A stretch of 64,000 nt of DNA from a virus. The notes below the pieces were generated by a model. The model was not told where the DNA came from. It saw nothing but the letters and a program-made list of their open reading frames with translations, and searched no databases. The stretch spans positions 1 through 64,000 of the IMG/VR virus record IMGVR_UViG_3300046792_000297. One strand, written 5' to 3'. Positions 28,067 through 37,100 of the stretch are shown in pieces. The position numbers and the translations under genes were made by a program. The number at the start of each line of letters is the position of its first letter. Positions within the stretch are counted from its first letter, which is position 1.

Positions 28067-28902
28067 GACTTCTCCTTTCTGCTGGGCACGATCTTGCGGT
28101 AGGCGCGGTGAGCGGTGCGGACGGCATGTTCCCAGCCTGCCTTGTTGGCGGCCCAGAGGTCGACGGCCAGAGCCAGGTTCTCCGAGGCGGCCAGGCGTTC
28201 CAGTTGCGAGTTCTTCTTGGCCGCTGCCGGGCCGGGGTGCTTGGGACGCTTGATTTCCTTCTTGCCTGCCGCCTTGGCTTTGGCGGCGGCTTCCTTGATG
28301 CGGGCGGGAGCCTGTTCGCGGCCCTTGCGGACTTCCTGAATGGCCACCGCCGGGGAAATCTTTATTCCGTCGACGCCCTCGCGGACCATCTGCTTGACCT
28401 CGATGGGGGCCTGGTGGAGTTCGATCCCGTCCTTGACGTGGCGCTGGGCTTTCTTGGGGCTGTAGCCCAGGTGCGGGGCCACGACCTTGGCGATCTGCTC
28501 GATAGTCCAGCCGTAAGCCTGGAGCTTGTCGGCGGTCTTGCCGATCTCCATCTGGGTCAGCGGCAGGCCGTTGTTGGCGGCCAGGCTCTTGGCCAGCGCG
28601 GCGGCCTCGTCGCCCTTGAAGGTGATGGTGGGCAGGTAGACCTTGTTGCCCTCGTCCCACAGTTCCTGGCAGGCCCGCAGACGGCACTCGCCGTCCACCA
28701 GGTACATGGTCTCGCCGTCGATCTGCACGAAGATGGCTTCGTCCACGCCGCGTGCGGTGATCGAACTCTTGAGCCAGTTGATGTGCGCCCGCGCCTGCGG
28801 GCTGCTGGTGTCGCGGCCATTGAAGTCTGGTTTGATCTGGATTTTCCGGGGGTCGACCGCGTAGGCTTCCCACTGCTTCTTTCCCTGCTGGCGTAGCTGC
28901 AT
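28063..28902 (-). CDS. ParB/Srx-like N-terminal domain protein with HTH
   Basis: FNGR...LKSSI..RG...LVDGECRLRA; GWTIEQIAK. Confidence 0.82.
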   Translation of the reverse strand: MQLRQQGKKQWEAYAVDPRKIQIKPDFNGRDTSSPQARAHINWLKSSITARGVDEAIFVQIDGETMYLVDGECRLRACQELWDEGNKVYLPTITFKGDEAAALAKSLAANNGLPLTQMEIGKTADKLQAYGWTIEQIAKVVAPHLGYSPKKAQRHVKDGIELHQAPIEVKQMVREGVDGIKISPAVAIQEVRKGREQAPARIKEAAAKAKAAGKKEIKRPKHPGPAAAKKNSQLERLAASENLALAVDLWAANKAGWEHAVRTAHRAYRKIVPSRKEKS

Positions 28903-28928
28903 AGTTTGGTTTGTCCTCGATTGATTAG

Positions 28929-28958
28929 AGAATAGCGTATCGAAACGATGCGTGTCAA
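28929..28958 (-). promoter_or_regulatory. sigma70-type promoter for the leftward ParB-like operon
   Basis: TTGACA-18 nt-TATTCT. Confidence 0.75.
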
Positions 28959-28967
28959 TACAATACT

Positions 28968-28987
28968 GTAATTTACTGTAATTGACA
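28968..28987 (+). promoter_or_regulatory. two iteron-like 10-mers in the divergent control region
   Basis: GTAATTTACT GTAATTGACA, same unit as 30010-30090. Confidence 0.65.
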
Positions 28988-29102
28988 CCGTGGTGCGAGT
29001 TGTGCGCTGCAACCTCCTATGTTTTTAGTGAGTTATGTAATGACAATAATCATTATCGTATTTCCTTTACACACCGAGCGGCGAGTAGTAATGTTTACGC
29101 CT

Positions 29103-29360
29103 ATGAGTTCGTCCCTGCATTCTCCCACACCGCCCGAGTGGCGGATTCTGGAGGCCGGTGACTCGTCGGTCGAGTGGACCGGCACGATCCTCTATTCCTG
29201 TCCCTACTGCGGCACCGATGCCCGCCTTCCCGTGGCTGGCCGGGTGGTCGCTCAACTCGCGGACGGCAGTCTGGCGTTTGCCCGATGCGGCCCCCAGCGC
29301 ACACCCAAGACCATCAAGTGCAGCGCCTGCCGCAGACAACTTACCAGGGGAGGCGAATGA
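29103..29360 (+). CDS. zinc-ribbon protein
   Basis: CPYC...CSAC. Confidence 0.65.
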   Translation: MSSSLHSPTPPEWRILEAGDSSVEWTGTILYSCPYCGTDARLPVAGRVVAQLADGSLAFARCGPQRTPKTIKCSACRRQLTRGGE

Positions 29361-30391
29361 TGTACGGGAAATTCTTCAAGTCGACTTTTACTGGCTCGAT
29401 GTACGGTGCGGGTCCGACAGTTTTCGCAGTCTGGGGCTTCGTGGTCGCCAACACGGTCGATTCCCTGGTTGAATTAAACCCCGCCTACCTGGCTCCCATG
29501 CTCGGCACCACGCCCGAGGACATCAAGTCGGCTATCGAGTATCTCTGCCAGCCTGACCCCAACAGCCGCAATCACGATGAAGAGGGCCGCCGCCTGATCA
29601 AATGCGGATCGTTTCAATACACCGTGGTGACCTACGAGGTCTACCGGGGCATCCGCAGCGAGGACGAGCGCCGGGCCTACGTTCGCCAGAAAGTCAGGGA
29701 GCATCGCGAACGAAAGGCCCACAAAGAGGCCGACGTTAAAGCGCAAAAGCCAAAGAATCAACACGATGGCCCTGTAAATCAGGATGTAATTTACAGTAAT
29801 CAAAGTAATCCCATACAGAAGCAGAAGCAGAAGCACGATACAGAAGCAGAAGCACCCGTAACCATTCCCCCAAAAAAAGGGGGAACGGTTACGGGGTCCG
29901 TTCCCCCCTCTGACGATCCCAAAGACCCGGACAGCGACAAGGAGACGGAGGTCTGGGGCGGCGACGTGGGCGGTGCACAGGCGGCGGCGGAAGCAACCAC
30001 ACGTGATCCGTTAATTACGGTAATTGACAGTAAGATACAGTCAAATACAGTAAATTACGGTAATTTACATGTAATTGACGGTAATTCACAAAATGGATTA
30101 CAGGAGCGTGCCGAGGTTCGCCGGGTGAATGTCCATGTGGGGGTGGAGATCGGACTCGCCAACTGGTTCTTCGAAGAGTTGGGCTACTCGGCGGACTTCA
30201 ACACGCGGGATATGGCCGCGCAGACCATACGCGGCATGATCAACAAGGGCGCGGAGCCGAAGGATGCGGCAGACTTCCTGCTGCAACAGGCCCGCAAGTC
30301 GATAGAGCCCATCAATCGCTTCTGGTTTCAGGACCAGAAGTACCTTCCCAAGCGCGGGGCCGCCGCCAAACTGAAATACCGGGAGAACTGA
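29357..30391 (+). CDS. phage replication initiator (replisome organizer-like)
   Basis: YGKFF...GSM N-domain; RE.VR.HR; QKQKQK linker; internal iterons; directly upstream of DnaB. Confidence 0.8.
   Translation: MMYGKFFKSTFTGSMYGAGPTVFAVWGFVVANTVDSLVELNPAYLAPMLGTTPEDIKSAIEYLCQPDPNSRNHDEEGRRLIKCGSFQYTVVTYEVYRGIRSEDERRAYVRQKVREHRERKAHKEADVKAQKPKNQHDGPVNQDVIYSNQSNPIQKQKQKHDTEAEAPVTIPPKKGGTVTGSVPPSDDPKDPDSDKETEVWGGDVGGAQAAAEATTRDPLITVIDSKIQSNTVNYGNLHVIDGNSQNGLQERAEVRRVNVHVGVEIGLANWFFEELGYSADFNTRDMAAQTIRGMINKGAEPKDAADFLLQQARKSIEPINRFWFQDQKYLPKRGAAAKLKYREN
30010..30090 (+). repeat. eight 10-bp tandem iterons (putative replication origin)
   Basis: GTAAWTKACR-like units at 30010, 30020, 30030, 30040, 30050, 30060, 30071, 30081; AT-rich island. 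Confidence 0.85.
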
Positions 30392-30393
30392 CG

Positions 30394-31785
30394 ATGAGTG
30401 GAATACCCGACCTGCGCGGCTTCGATGCCGGGCTCCCTGCCAACGTGGACGCCGAGAAAACCATCCTGGGCGCGGTGTTGCTCGACAATAGCGCGTTCTG
30501 CGAGGCCGCCGAGCGGATCAACGCCGACGACTTCTCGCTCGACTCGCACCGCCGCATCTTCCTGCGCATGAAAGCTCTCATGGACGGTGGGCATCAGGTG
30601 GACATCGTGACGCTGGCCGAGGAGTTGGCCAGGGAAAAAGAGGTCGAGGCCATCGGCGGCGTGGCTTACCTGGCTTCACTCACCGAGGGCTTGCCGCGCC
30701 GTCCGGTGATCGGCGAGTACATCCTGATCGTCAAGGACAAGTGCATCCTGCGGCGCTTGATGGGGCTGGGCAGCGCGATGGTGGCGCAAGCCGCCGACCA
30801 GAGCGAAGCGGCGCTGAGTGTGGTGACCTGGGCGGCGGGCGAACTGGAATCCATCGTGGCCAACGAGGTCACCAGCGGGGTCCAGGTGGCCGCCGAGGTC
30901 ACCATCGAAGTGCTCGACCGCTTCAACCAGCAGGCCGCACTCCAACAGTCGCCCGGCCTGAGTTTCGGCGTGGCCAAGCTCGACGAAGCCACGGGCGGCA
31001 TCCAGTCCGGTGAGCAATGCGTGCTGGGCTGCTATTCCGGCGTGGGCAAGACCACGCTGCTGGCGCAGACCGTCGCGGCCAACTGTTCCAAGGGCGTGCC
31101 CTGCGCCATGTTCCTGATCGAGCCTACCCGGCACGACTTCATGCGCCGTCTCTGGTCGATTGTGGGCGACATCCGCTACGGCGCAGTCACCAAGCCGTGG
31201 ACGGCCAGCAAGGAGGAGCGCGACCGCGTGCGCTGGGCGGCGGAACAGGTGATCAACTGGCCGCTCTACCTGCTCGACCGGTCCAACCTCACTCTCGATG
31301 AACTGCTGGCTCACGCGCGGCTGGCCATGCACCGCCACGGTGTCGAGTTGTTGGGCGTCGACTACCTTCAGCGGCTGAAGGTCAAGAGCGAGGATCGCGA
31401 GGACAATGTGCGGCTCAAGATCGGGCGAGCGTCGACCGCTATCGCCGACCTGGTCAAGAACACTTCCTGCCGGTCGATGGTCCTCTCCCAATTCAACCGC
31501 GCCGGGGGCATGGCGGCCTTGCCGACGATGGACAAGCTGCGCGAGTCGGGGCAGATCGAGAACGACGCGGCCACCATCGTGCTGCTGCATCTGGACTGGG
31601 ACGAGGAGCAGGGGCACTTCAAGAACACCGGCTCGGGCATTGTGGCCAAGCAGCGGTTCGGCGTGCCCTCGAACGAGAAGCTCTACAAGGATCAGCGCAC
31701 GGCCATGTGGATGAGCGGCGAACCGCCTCTAATCAACCACCCAGCGATCCTGCCGTACTGGGCGGACACGGAGAGGCCGAATTGA
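30394..31785 (+). CDS. dnaB: DnaB-like replicative helicase
   Basis: LPAN.DAEK.ILGA, GG.AYLASL, SGVGKT, DYLQ, LSQ.NR, LRESGQIENDA. Confidence 0.95.
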   Translation: MSGIPDLRGFDAGLPANVDAEKTILGAVLLDNSAFCEAAERINADDFSLDSHRRIFLRMKALMDGGHQVDIVTLAEELAREKEVEAIGGVAYLASLTEGLPRRPVIGEYILIVKDKCILRRLMGLGSAMVAQAADQSEAALSVVTWAAGELESIVANEVTSGVQVAAEVTIEVLDRFNQQAALQQSPGLSFGVAKLDEATGGIQSGEQCVLGCYSGVGKTTLLAQTVAANCSKGVPCAMFLIEPTRHDFMRRLWSIVGDIRYGAVTKPWTASKEERDRVRWAAEQVINWPLYLLDRSNLTLDELLAHARLAMHRHGVELLGVDYLQRLKVKSEDREDNVRLKIGRASTAIADLVKNTSCRSMVLSQFNRAGGMAALPTMDKLRESGQIENDAATIVLLHLDWDEEQGHFKNTGSGIVAKQRFGVPSNEKLYKDQRTAMWMSGEPPLINHPAILPYWADTERPN

Positions 31786-32096
31786 CGAAAGACGATGGCC
31801 TTCGCGAGATCGAGATGGCGGCCTGGGAGCGCGACTCTGACGGCTGCCTGAACCTGCACGTGCATACTGCCAGGGGCGAACGCGTGCACGCCTGGCTGAG
31901 CCTGCGACCGCAGTATTGCGACCGGGGCCACATCCAGCTAACCATCGACGGGCCGCTCAGTCTGGGCCTCGATGTCGCGGACGGCTTCCCGCGCTACTTC
32001 TTCTCCTTCCGCGAAGCCGACACGCACACCCGCACGTTTCTCAAGTGGCGGCTGTGGAAGCAGCGCATCCACCCGCACACGCTGGAGGTCGCATGA
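31782..32096 (+). CDS. hypothetical phage protein
   Basis: RPQYCDRG...DGFPRYFF. Confidence 0.7.
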   Translation: MTKDDGLREIEMAAWERDSDGCLNLHVHTARGERVHAWLSLRPQYCDRGHIQLTIDGPLSLGLDVADGFPRYFFSFREADTHTRTFLKWRLWKQRIHPHTLEVA

Positions 32097-32242
32097 GCAT
32101 TGGAGATAACAAAAATTTGATCCGCCATGTCGACCGCGCACATGAGGGGAAGATATTATTAGGCTCCTGCAAGCGGTGTAGAGAGTTGTGGGATAAAGCA
32201 AGAGGGAAGACGGCTCCCATTGTCAAACCGGCGGCCCGCTGA
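32093..32242 (+). CDS. small hypothetical protein
   Basis: GGAGG upstream; H..H..CKRC. Confidence 0.5.
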   Translation: MSIGDNKNLIRHVDRAHEGKILLGSCKRCRELWDKARGKTAPIVKPAAR

Positions 32243-32243
32243 T

Positions 32244-32870
32244 ATGACCGAGCAGCCCATAATCTTTACTCACCACATCGACCGGCTCATCGACCGGACC
32301 AAGACCCAGACGCGGCGCACCATCCACCCGCAGCCGAAGTGGGATGCCGAGGTCACCCACACCCGCGTGATCGGCCCGCTAGCCTTCCCCATCGGCGCAC
32401 TGGGCCAGCAGTGCGGCGGCCCGCTGTTCGTCGATGGGCGCAAGGACGGCGTGTTCCACATCCGCAACCCCTACGGCGGCCCGGACAGCCGCCTCTGGGT
32501 CAAGGAGCCCTATCGCCTGGATGGGCTGCGCTACCTCTACCGCGATGGCGCGTTGACCGGCCAGTGGTCGAACCCCATGTTCATGCCCCGCGAAGCCTGC
32601 CGCCTGCGCCTGCGCGTCACCGAGGTTCGCGTCGAGCGCGTCCAGGCGATCTCCGAGGCCGACGCCATTGCCGAAGGCATCGAGCGCGACACCAGCGTGT
32701 TCCTGCACGCGGGCTGGAAGCTCTACGGGCAAACCGAGAACATGACCACCAGCCCCATCGAGAGCTACCGCTCGCTCTGGGACTCAATCAACGCCGGGCG
32801 CAACAAAGGCGTGTTTGCCTGGCAGCACAACCCGTGGGTCTGGGTGCTGACCACCGAGGTTATTCCGTAG
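32244..32870 (+). CDS. ASCH/PUA-like phage protein
   Basis: KTQTRR, W.NPMFMPR, VRVERVQ.ISE.DA.AEG, NPWVWV. Confidence 0.82.
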   Translation: MTEQPIIFTHHIDRLIDRTKTQTRRTIHPQPKWDAEVTHTRVIGPLAFPIGALGQQCGGPLFVDGRKDGVFHIRNPYGGPDSRLWVKEPYRLDGLRYLYRDGALTGQWSNPMFMPREACRLRLRVTEVRVERVQAISEADAIAEGIERDTSVFLHAGWKLYGQTENMTTSPIESYRSLWDSINAGRNKGVFAWQHNPWVWVLTTEVIP

Positions 32871-33077
32871 CCGTTCGGTTCTCCCGGTTCCCTTCACAGC
32901 CTGTTGGCGGACCGGGAGGCGGGGGTTGGGACGAGTCTCCAATGGGGGAGCCTCCCCCAACCCTCCGAAGTTCTCACCGAGGTCCCGTGGAAATGAGATT
33001 GCTGGAGTGGATGGTGGCGTGGGTGGTGGTTGCTTTGTTGTTAACGGGACTGTGGGCACTGCTGTGCCAAGGAAGGG

Positions 33078-33386
33078 ATGATGACACGTAGGATCAAGCT
33101 CGCCAGGCCCATGCCGGTCATGCCGTCGCGCTGCGCCTCCTGCCCGTTCAACGAAGGCGGCGACCTGCGCCTGCGGGTCGCGGTGCTGAACCGCACCATA
33201 CTCCAGGCCAGCCAGCTTTGCCACCACCCGCGTATCCACGGCCACCGGTCCACGCATCTCTGCCGGGGCGCTCGCGACGAGCAACTCACCTTGCTCCACC
33301 GCCTGGGCTGGATCGAGGAACCCACCGACGCGGCCTTCGCCGAGGCTAGCCGGAAAGCACTAGGCAAAAAGGTTGCCAGCGACTGA
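33078..33386 (+). CDS. Cys/His-rich protein (DUF6283-like)
   Basis: CASCPF...LCHH...LCRG. Confidence 0.65.
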   Translation: MMTRRIKLARPMPVMPSRCASCPFNEGGDLRLRVAVLNRTILQASQLCHHPRIHGHRSTHLCRGARDEQLTLLHRLGWIEEPTDAAFAEASRKALGKKVASD

Positions 33387-33504
33387 GGGAAAAGTGTGCA
33401 AAAAGCGGTACAGGTACAAAAAAAATTACGGGCATTAAACACTAGAAACTAATCATTATTCCTTCCAGTGAAACGTTTCCCGCCTGGTAATGAGGAAAAC
33501 GTGT

Positions 33505-33727
33505 CCGTGCGTAACCGCTAAGTCGTGTGTTATGGTTTCTTTCGTCTGCACGGAAGACTGTAACCGGCTAATACCATATCGTTCGCTAGAACGACGACGC
33601 AGGCCGGGCTGGACTCGTTAGTTCCTTTAAAGCACCAACAGGTCGAGATAAACACGCCCAAAACCAACGACCTGCTAACGTCAGTCCTTGCAACACTTTC
33701 CCCGCTCCGCTTCAGTCCGGTTGCGAA
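33505..33727 (+). ncRNA. candidate structured RNA upstream of the late region
   Basis: nested complementary segments in a gene-free gap (see findings); strand inferred. Confidence 0.4.
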
Positions 33728-33731
33728 CATA

Positions 33732-34160
33732 ATGCTAACCTGCAAACTTTCACCCCAACCTTTCGGAGGGCTCTCTGTGCCGCGTACTATTTGCAGTCCC
33801 TGGCAAGTTCAGCTTCATGACGGCACCACGCATCGTTGGACTTCGAGCCGCGAAGCCAACCAAATGCTGGCCAGTGGCGAGGCAATTCGCATTCGCCGTA
33901 AAGCTCACCAGCCGTTCGAGATTATCCGTCTCAAGAAGTCGGTCGAACCGTCCGACTCCGCCTACTCGGCGTGCAGCCTGACGGTCTCCGACATGCGTAT
34001 CCACGCGGGCGAGATCGAATGCGGCGCGATCTACCTCCAGGTGCTGGAGGACAAGATCGAGACCTTCAAGCCCATGTCCCTGCCCGTCATCACGGTCGAC
34101 GCGGTCGTGTTTCAGTTGCCCTGTTGGTTCCGCGCCTACCAGATGGCCGCGACCAACTAG
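33732..34160 (+). CDS. hypothetical protein, paralog of 36860-37099
   Basis: WQVQLHDGT...RRKAHQPFEIIRLKK. Confidence 0.7.
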   Translation: MLTCKLSPQPFGGLSVPRTICSPWQVQLHDGTTHRWTSSREANQMLASGEAIRIRRKAHQPFEIIRLKKSVEPSDSAYSACSLTVSDMRIHAGEIECGAIYLQVLEDKIETFKPMSLPVITVDAVVFQLPCWFRAYQMAATN

Positions 34161-34585
34161 CGCACCCGCAGTTCCAACCGTTTGCCCAGCTTGCCGAGCG
34201 CCCTGGCGATGGTGTCGATCTTCGATGTGTGGCGCAGGTCGAGCAGCCGGGTCATCTCCTGTTTGGCCAGATGCAGCCGGTTGGCCAACTCGACCTGACT
34301 GACCTCCTGCCCGTTCATCTCCGCGACCAGCAGCAGCTTGGCCGAGAAACTGGCCGGAAGTTCAATCCAGTGCTGATCGCGGCCTGGCACCAGCTTGGAC
34401 GGGGCCGGAAACGACTCGCAACGGCCAAACTCGGCCAGATCGGCCAGCGCCGTTTCCAACGCATCGCGACCATGACGGACGGCATCCTCCAAATCGGTCC
34501 CTTGAGAGAAGACGCCGGGAAAATCGGGAAAGCTGACCATGAACCCGTCGCCGTCCCGTTCGATCACTGCCACATAACCTGCCAT
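34157..34585 (-). CDS. hicB: HicB family antitoxin with C-terminal HTH
   Basis: FMVSFPDFPGVFSQG....A; SQVELANRL. Confidence 0.92.
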   Translation of the reverse strand: MAGYVAVIERDGDGFMVSFPDFPGVFSQGTDLEDAVRHGRDALETALADLAEFGRCESFPAPSKLVPGRDQHWIELPASFSAKLLLVAEMNGQEVSQVELANRLHLAKQEMTRLLDLRHTSKIDTIARALGKLGKRLELRVR

Positions 34586-34588
34586 TCA

Positions 34589-34774
34589 TTACCTCAGTTC
34601 CACGCCCAGGTGGCGTTCGATGGAGCGAAGCAGACCGATACCGATGTCCTTGCCGGAGTGCATCGGAAGCACGCTTTGGCGGCCCCCCAGCATCACGATC
34701 AGGTGGGAACCCTTCCCCTCCCTGAACTCCGCGCCCATCGCGGCCAGCTTCCGTCTTATGTCTCTCGCTCTCAC
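34589..34774 (-). CDS. hicA: HicA family mRNA interferase toxin
   Basis: GKGSH...LPMH..KDI..GLLRSI. Confidence 0.92.
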   Translation of the reverse strand: MRARDIRRKLAAMGAEFREGKGSHLIVMLGGRQSVLPMHSGKDIGIGLLRSIERHLGVELR

Positions 34775-34781
34775 ATAACTA

Positions 34782-34803
34782 TAGTAAACAATTTTGTTTA
34801 CTA
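34782..34803. promoter_or_regulatory. palindromic operator upstream of hicAB
   Basis: TAGTAAACAA-TT-TTGTTTACTA. Confidence 0.75.
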
Positions 34804-34980
34804 ATGCAAGGCTTTTCTGTGGAAAACGTCTTTAGATTCAATGTTTTCGCGGAAAAACCTCATTTTGGCTCCGAATGACGGGTTAAGGCCGGATTTCCCC
34901 GATTTTGTCATGGGGGGGTAGGGGGGGCGTCTCTGCCGGGATGGCCGCCAAAGGCTGGGGGCGAGCCACGGGGGTAGCCC

Positions 34981-35598
34981 ATGCCCGAGCCGACCGAGCC
35001 GACCACGGGGCCGATAGAGACACCCAAACGGGGCCGCAAGAGCGGGAAGTTCGATAAGAAGGTCGCCTACGATGTGCTGCGGGCTTGGAGTATGAGCCGG
35101 TACTCGCTTGAACACGTCCTCGATGAATTGAGAGCCGCCAATCCTCGCTACCCAAGTCTCTCTGTGGTATGGACTTGGAGGATCGAGAACGACGAATTCG
35201 AAAAGGCATACGCGCGCGCGAAGCGGTTCAAGGCGGAGTACCTGGCGGACAAGACGCTGGACGAGGCGCTGATCCCGCGCAAGGGCGTGTACAAAAAGGC
35301 GTCCACCAAGAACGGGCGCACCGAGCAGGAAGTTCGCGAGGACGACAACGTGCCTCGCTCGCGGCTGATCAACGACACCTACAAGTGGCGGGCCGCCAAG
35401 CTGTTTCCGAAGGAGTTCGAGGAGCGCCGTGAGCCGCGCGACGAGCAAGGGCCTAACGAGCAACTGGAAGCGTTGCAGAAGGCGCTGCTGGAGGGCGCGG
35501 CGGAGGACGAACCGGTGGAGGAGACGAAAGCCGGTTCCGGTGAGACGAAAGCCGACTCCCCTGAGACGAAGCCTCCCGATGGGGAGACGAAGTCGTGA
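34981..35598 (+). CDS. terminase small subunit
   Basis: PS..VV..W......F...YARA...RSRL..DT.KW.AAKL.PK; precedes TerL. Confidence 0.88.
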   Translation: MPEPTEPTTGPIETPKRGRKSGKFDKKVAYDVLRAWSMSRYSLEHVLDELRAANPRYPSLSVVWTWRIENDEFEKAYARAKRFKAEYLADKTLDEALIPRKGVYKKASTKNGRTEQEVREDDNVPRSRLINDTYKWRAAKLFPKEFEERREPRDEQGPNEQLEALQKALLEGAAEDEPVEETKAGSGETKADSPETKPPDGETKS

Positions 35599-36857
35599 GC
35601 GCGATCTTCAAGCGGTTCGGCACCAAGGCCACCAACTTCATCCGGCGGCATCCTTCGCTGGACCGCAAGTACACGCTGCTGGAGGGCAGCGTGCGTTCGT
35701 CCAAGACCTTCGCGGTGGACGCCAAGCTGATCGTGTGGCTGTGCAGCTACCAGGTGGATGGCAAGCGCATCATCGTGGGCACCACCAAGGCCAAGGTGTA
35801 CAAGAACATCCTGCTGGACGTCTTCTCTGTGGTGGGCAAGGACCACTACAGCTACAACCACACGACCGGCGAGTTGTGGCTGTACGGGGCGCAGTGGTTC
35901 GTGATCGGCGCGAACGACGAGGCCAGCTACAAGCAGATTCTGGGCATGACGGTGGGCATCGCGGTCTGCGATGAGTGGGTGGAGTTCCCGCGCAGCTTTA
36001 CCATGCAGTTGTTCCTCCGTTTGTCGCCCACGGGCGCACGGCTCTACGCAACCACCAACCCCGGTACGCCGCAGCACTACCTGTACACCGAAGTGATCCA
36101 CGGCAAGGAATTCCAGCCCGACCTGGAAGTGATCCACTTCACGTTGAACGACAACCCCAACATTGCCCCGGACACCAAACGGCAGATCATCGCTTCGCAG
36201 ACCGGCGTTTACTACCAGCGGTACATCCTGGGCCTGTGGGTGGTCGCGGAGGGCGCGATCTACAAGGACGCCTGGCACGACCGGCTGCTCTACAACGAGG
36301 CCACCAGGCCGGTCGGGCTCTACGGCGCGGGCGGCTTCGTCGACCATGTGATCGCGGTGGACTATGGCACCACCAACCCCTGCGTGTTTCATGAACTGAT
36401 CGACGACGGCACGGGGGCCTGGCTGGACCGCGAATACTACTGGGACTCGGTCAAGGAGATGCGGCAGAAGACCGATGCCGAGTATGCCGACGACCTGCAA
36501 GCCTTCATGGGCCGCACGCGGATCAGTAGCCGCCCCAACCCGCGCATCGTGATCGACCCCAGCGCGGCCAGCTTCAAGGTGGAACTGATCAAGCGCGGGC
36601 TCTGGGTAGTCGACGCCGACAACGATGTCGAGAACGGCATCCGGCGCATGGCCAGCCTGATGGCCCAAGGGCTGTTCCGGGTGCATGAGGAGTGTACGGA
36701 GTTCCGGCGCGAAGTGGCGATCTACGAGTGGGACCGCGACGCGGCGCTGGACAAGGGCGTCGAGAAGCCCATCAAGACCAACGACCATACGATGGACGCG
36801 GATCGCTATGGGCTGGCCGACCTGTTCCCCGAGTGGAGATTGGCCAAGGCGGCGTGA
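35595..36857 (+). CDS. terminase large subunit (PBSX-type)
   Basis: EGSVRSSKT, CDE, TTNP, DNP, VDYGTTNP, DPSA, DHTMDADRY. Confidence 0.96.
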   Translation: MSAIFKRFGTKATNFIRRHPSLDRKYTLLEGSVRSSKTFAVDAKLIVWLCSYQVDGKRIIVGTTKAKVYKNILLDVFSVVGKDHYSYNHTTGELWLYGAQWFVIGANDEASYKQILGMTVGIAVCDEWVEFPRSFTMQLFLRLSPTGARLYATTNPGTPQHYLYTEVIHGKEFQPDLEVIHFTLNDNPNIAPDTKRQIIASQTGVYYQRYILGLWVVAEGAIYKDAWHDRLLYNEATRPVGLYGAGGFVDHVIAVDYGTTNPCVFHELIDDGTGAWLDREYYWDSVKEMRQKTDAEYADDLQAFMGRTRISSRPNPRIVIDPSAASFKVELIKRGLWVVDADNDVENGIRRMASLMAQGLFRVHEECTEFRREVAIYEWDRDAALDKGVEKPIKTNDHTMDADRYGLADLFPEWRLAKAA

Positions 36858-36859
36858 CA

Positions 36860-37099
36860 ATGAAAAGCAGAGCATGGCAAGTGCAGTTGTACGACGGGAC
36901 AGTCTCGGGCTGGGTTAGCCAGCGCGTGGCCGAGGAGAAGATAAAAAGCGGACAAGCCGTGCGGCTACGGCGCAAAGCCCACCAGCCATTTGAAGTGGTC
37001 CGGCTCAAGAAGGAACCCGAGTATGCTCGCGCGTATCCGGTGCGGGCCGCGATGCCACGACCCGACGAGACCGTGTTTCCCAGGAAACCGGCGGCGTGA
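36860..37099 (+). CDS. hypothetical protein, paralog of 33732-34160
   Basis: WQVQLYDGT...RRKAHQPFEVVRLKK. Confidence 0.75.
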   Translation: MKSRAWQVQLYDGTVSGWVSQRVAEEKIKSGQAVRLRRKAHQPFEVVRLKKEPEYARAYPVRAAMPRPDETVFPRKPAA

Positions 37100-37100
37100 G

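Noticed and set aside
1388-28873. Long 5' extensions in the ORF track (e.g. 1388-2041, 15956-17548, 25378-26238, 27836-28873)
   Set aside because: They overlap the upstream gene in another frame. Internal starts with RBS and stop/start coupling fit better, so starts were trimmed.
615-28896. Long plus-strand ORFs in the left arm (e.g. 10512-12116, 16429-17670, 22995-24233)
   Set aside because: Antisense shadows of GC-rich genes, with no RBS or motifs.
33560-33580. GGCTAATACC resembling a 16S rRNA segment
   Set aside because: Match is only about 10 nt, with no flanking rRNA similarity.
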